From: a virus
Lineage: Duplodnaviria > Caudoviricetes
Virus record (IMG/VR): IMGVR_UViG_3300008107_000554
Span: 1-51,610 of that record
Direction: 5' to 3' (one strand)
DNA: 51,610 nucleotides
Below, piece after piece: positions 50,055 through 51,610 of this stretch (within the stretch, counting starts at the first letter, position 1; each line of letters begins with the position of its first letter). The notes below the pieces were generated by a model. It ran no database searches. It saw nothing but the letters and a program-made list of their open reading frames with translations, and was not told the DNA's origin. The translations under genes were made by a program, and so were the position numbers.

Positions 50055-50546
50055 GTGGCAACCATCGTAACACGCTCAGGTAAAGGCTCCCCGCTGACCA
50101 ATGCGGAAGTCGACGCCAACTTTACCAACCTAAACAGCGACAAGGTCGAGACCTCGACCATCTCTGTGTTTGGGGCGTCTCTCATCGACGACGCGGATGC
50201 GTCGGCTGCGCGTACTACTTTGGGGCTTGGCACAGCAGCTACGACAGATAGCACGGCCTACGCGACCGCGGCGCAAGGCAGCACAGCTGACAGCGCTCTC
50301 CAGCCGGGGGACGCAGTTCCCCAAACCTCGGCTACAGGTTCCGCTGACATCCCGACGGGCACGACTGCTGAGCGCGACGGCTCACCCTCGGCTGGTTACT
50401 TCCGCTTCAACTCTGATGTCACCAAGTTTGAGGGCTACAACGGCACAAGCTGGGGCAGCGTAGGCGGCGGTGCGACGGGCGGCGGTTCTGACGAAATCTT
50501 CATTGAGAACGGTCAGCACAACTGGCATCGTTGCACCTGCATTTGA
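50055..50546 (+). CDS. Tail fibre protein, C-terminus apparently lost near 50518
   Basis: GSPLTNAEVDANF, IPTGTTAER, G.FRFN..FEGYNG and GGATGGGSDEIFIENGQ, followed by unrelated residues. Confidence 0.65.
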   Translation: MATIVTRSGKGSPLTNAEVDANFTNLNSDKVETSTISVFGASLIDDADASAARTTLGLGTAATTDSTAYATAAQGSTADSALQPGDAVPQTSATGSADIPTGTTAERDGSPSAGYFRFNSDVTKFEGYNGTSWGSVGGGATGGGSDEIFIENGQHNWHRCTCI

Positions 50547-51594
50547 TGGGGCTGTCGATGCGGCTGATCTAACTGGCACTGTGCCGAGCAGCGCCGTTCC
50601 TTACGTATCGGGACGCAACCGCATCATCAACGGCAACATGGTCATCGACCAGAGGAATAACGGGGCGAGTGTAACTGGAAGTTATGCCGTAGACAGGTTT
50701 GAGTTTCAGGAAAATAGTGGGTCTGGATACACTGTTCAAAGAAGCAGTGTTGCCCCTTCCGGTTTTTCAAACTCGCTCTTGATTACTGTTACAACGGCGG
50801 CATCCGCAAGCGCCGGGCAAACTAACAGATTAATTCAACGAGTAGAGGGTCACAACATTGCAGATTTAAATTTTGGCTCTGCAAACGCCTCTACAGTTAC
50901 GCTTTCTTTTTGGGTGCGGTCATCCTTAGTGGGAACTTACTGTGCGGCTCTTGTAAATAATGCGGCCAACCGCGCTTATGTTGCGGAGTATTCCATCAGT
51001 GCAGCCAACACTTGGGAATACAAAACAATTACTGTGGCTGGAGATACGACAGGCACTTGGGAAACAGGCACAGCTTCTGGGGTTCAGGTGACTTTTGACT
51101 TTGGCTCTGGCTCTGATTTTAACGCTACGGCGGGAAGTTGGGTTGCTGCTAATGATTGGCGCACCACCAACCAAGTAAATTTTGCAAACACCTCTGGCGC
51201 AACCTTCTACATCACAGGCGTCCAACTCGAAGCTGGCTCCATCGCCACGCCTTTCGAGCGCCGTTTGTATGGGCAGGAGTTGGCACTGTGCCAGCGGTAT
51301 TACTACATTCGCCCGCGTAATGATTTTGAAAGTGCAAGACATCATGGTTTTGATGTCGGCACAAACAGAGACAAGAAGCAACGTTTTCATCCAGTAACTA
51401 TGAGAGCAGCTCCATCCGTTACCTTTACCTCATCAACAGCTATACGAGATGACGGACTAGGCATAACCGCGACTTTTGTGGCATCTGCCGACGCATCGAA
51501 CATCGGCGTTCACATTAACACATCCCCAACGCAATATGGTGCTGGAACTGTTCATAGCATTGGTTATGGCTACACAGCAGATGCGGAGTTGTAA
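50518..51594 (+). CDS. Tail fibre / receptor-binding protein, start missing
   Basis: RNRIINGNMVIDQR, TLSFWVRSS, ITGVQLEAG..ATPFERR..ELALCQRYY and PVTMRAAP; no convincing start or RBS. Confidence 0.75.
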   Translation, partial: TTGIVAPAFDGAVDAADLTGTVPSSAVPYVSGRNRIINGNMVIDQRNNGASVTGSYAVDRFEFQENSGSGYTVQRSSVAPSGFSNSLLITVTTAASASAGQTNRLIQRVEGHNIADLNFGSANASTVTLSFWVRSSLVGTYCAALVNNAANRAYVAEYSISAANTWEYKTITVAGDTTGTWETGTASGVQVTFDFGSGSDFNATAGSWVAANDWRTTNQVNFANTSGATFYITGVQLEAGSIATPFERRLYGQELALCQRYYYIRPRNDFESARHHGFDVGTNRDKKQRFHPVTMRAAPSVTFTSSTAIRDDGLGITATFVASADASNIGVHINTSPTQYGAGTVHSIGYGYTADAEL

Positions 51595-51610
51595 GAGATG
51601 AACACCATGA

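Overview
Near-complete genome (ends do not join) of a GC-rich tailed dsDNA phage with podovirus-type architecture and no RNA polymerase, integrase, tRNA or CRISPR that I can see. The host is probably an alphaproteobacterium (inference). There are two divergent arms. The rightward late arm starts at about 37.5 kb: terS, terL, portal, scaffold, P22-like major capsid, decoration proteins, tiny basic proteins, adaptors and tail fibres. It resumes at 1-15.8 kb with an SNase, GH19 endolysin, tail nozzle and ejection proteins, including a 2486-aa polyvalent protein. The leftward early/replication arm runs from 37.2 to 15.8 kb: small early genes, an AAA+/DUF3150-like/vWA-metallopeptidase module, DUF5664, family A DNA polymerase, PD-(D/E)XK nuclease, VRR-NUC, SNF2-like helicase, SSB and primase-DUF927 helicase. 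The best finding is a complete type II hammerhead ribozyme with a pseudoknot (34088-34151, minus strand), predicted to cut 60 nt upstream of the AAA+ ATPase gene that opens the AAA+/vWA module. Other notable elements are an rrn-type boxB-boxA antitermination leader, a repeat-rich origin candidate, an unexplained structured intergenic RNA and start-associated repeats. Several frame breaks or apparent deletions (about 1200, 4000, 23385, 23870, 42170, 50518) are most likely assembly scars. All family assignments come from recognising motifs by eye; no searches were run.
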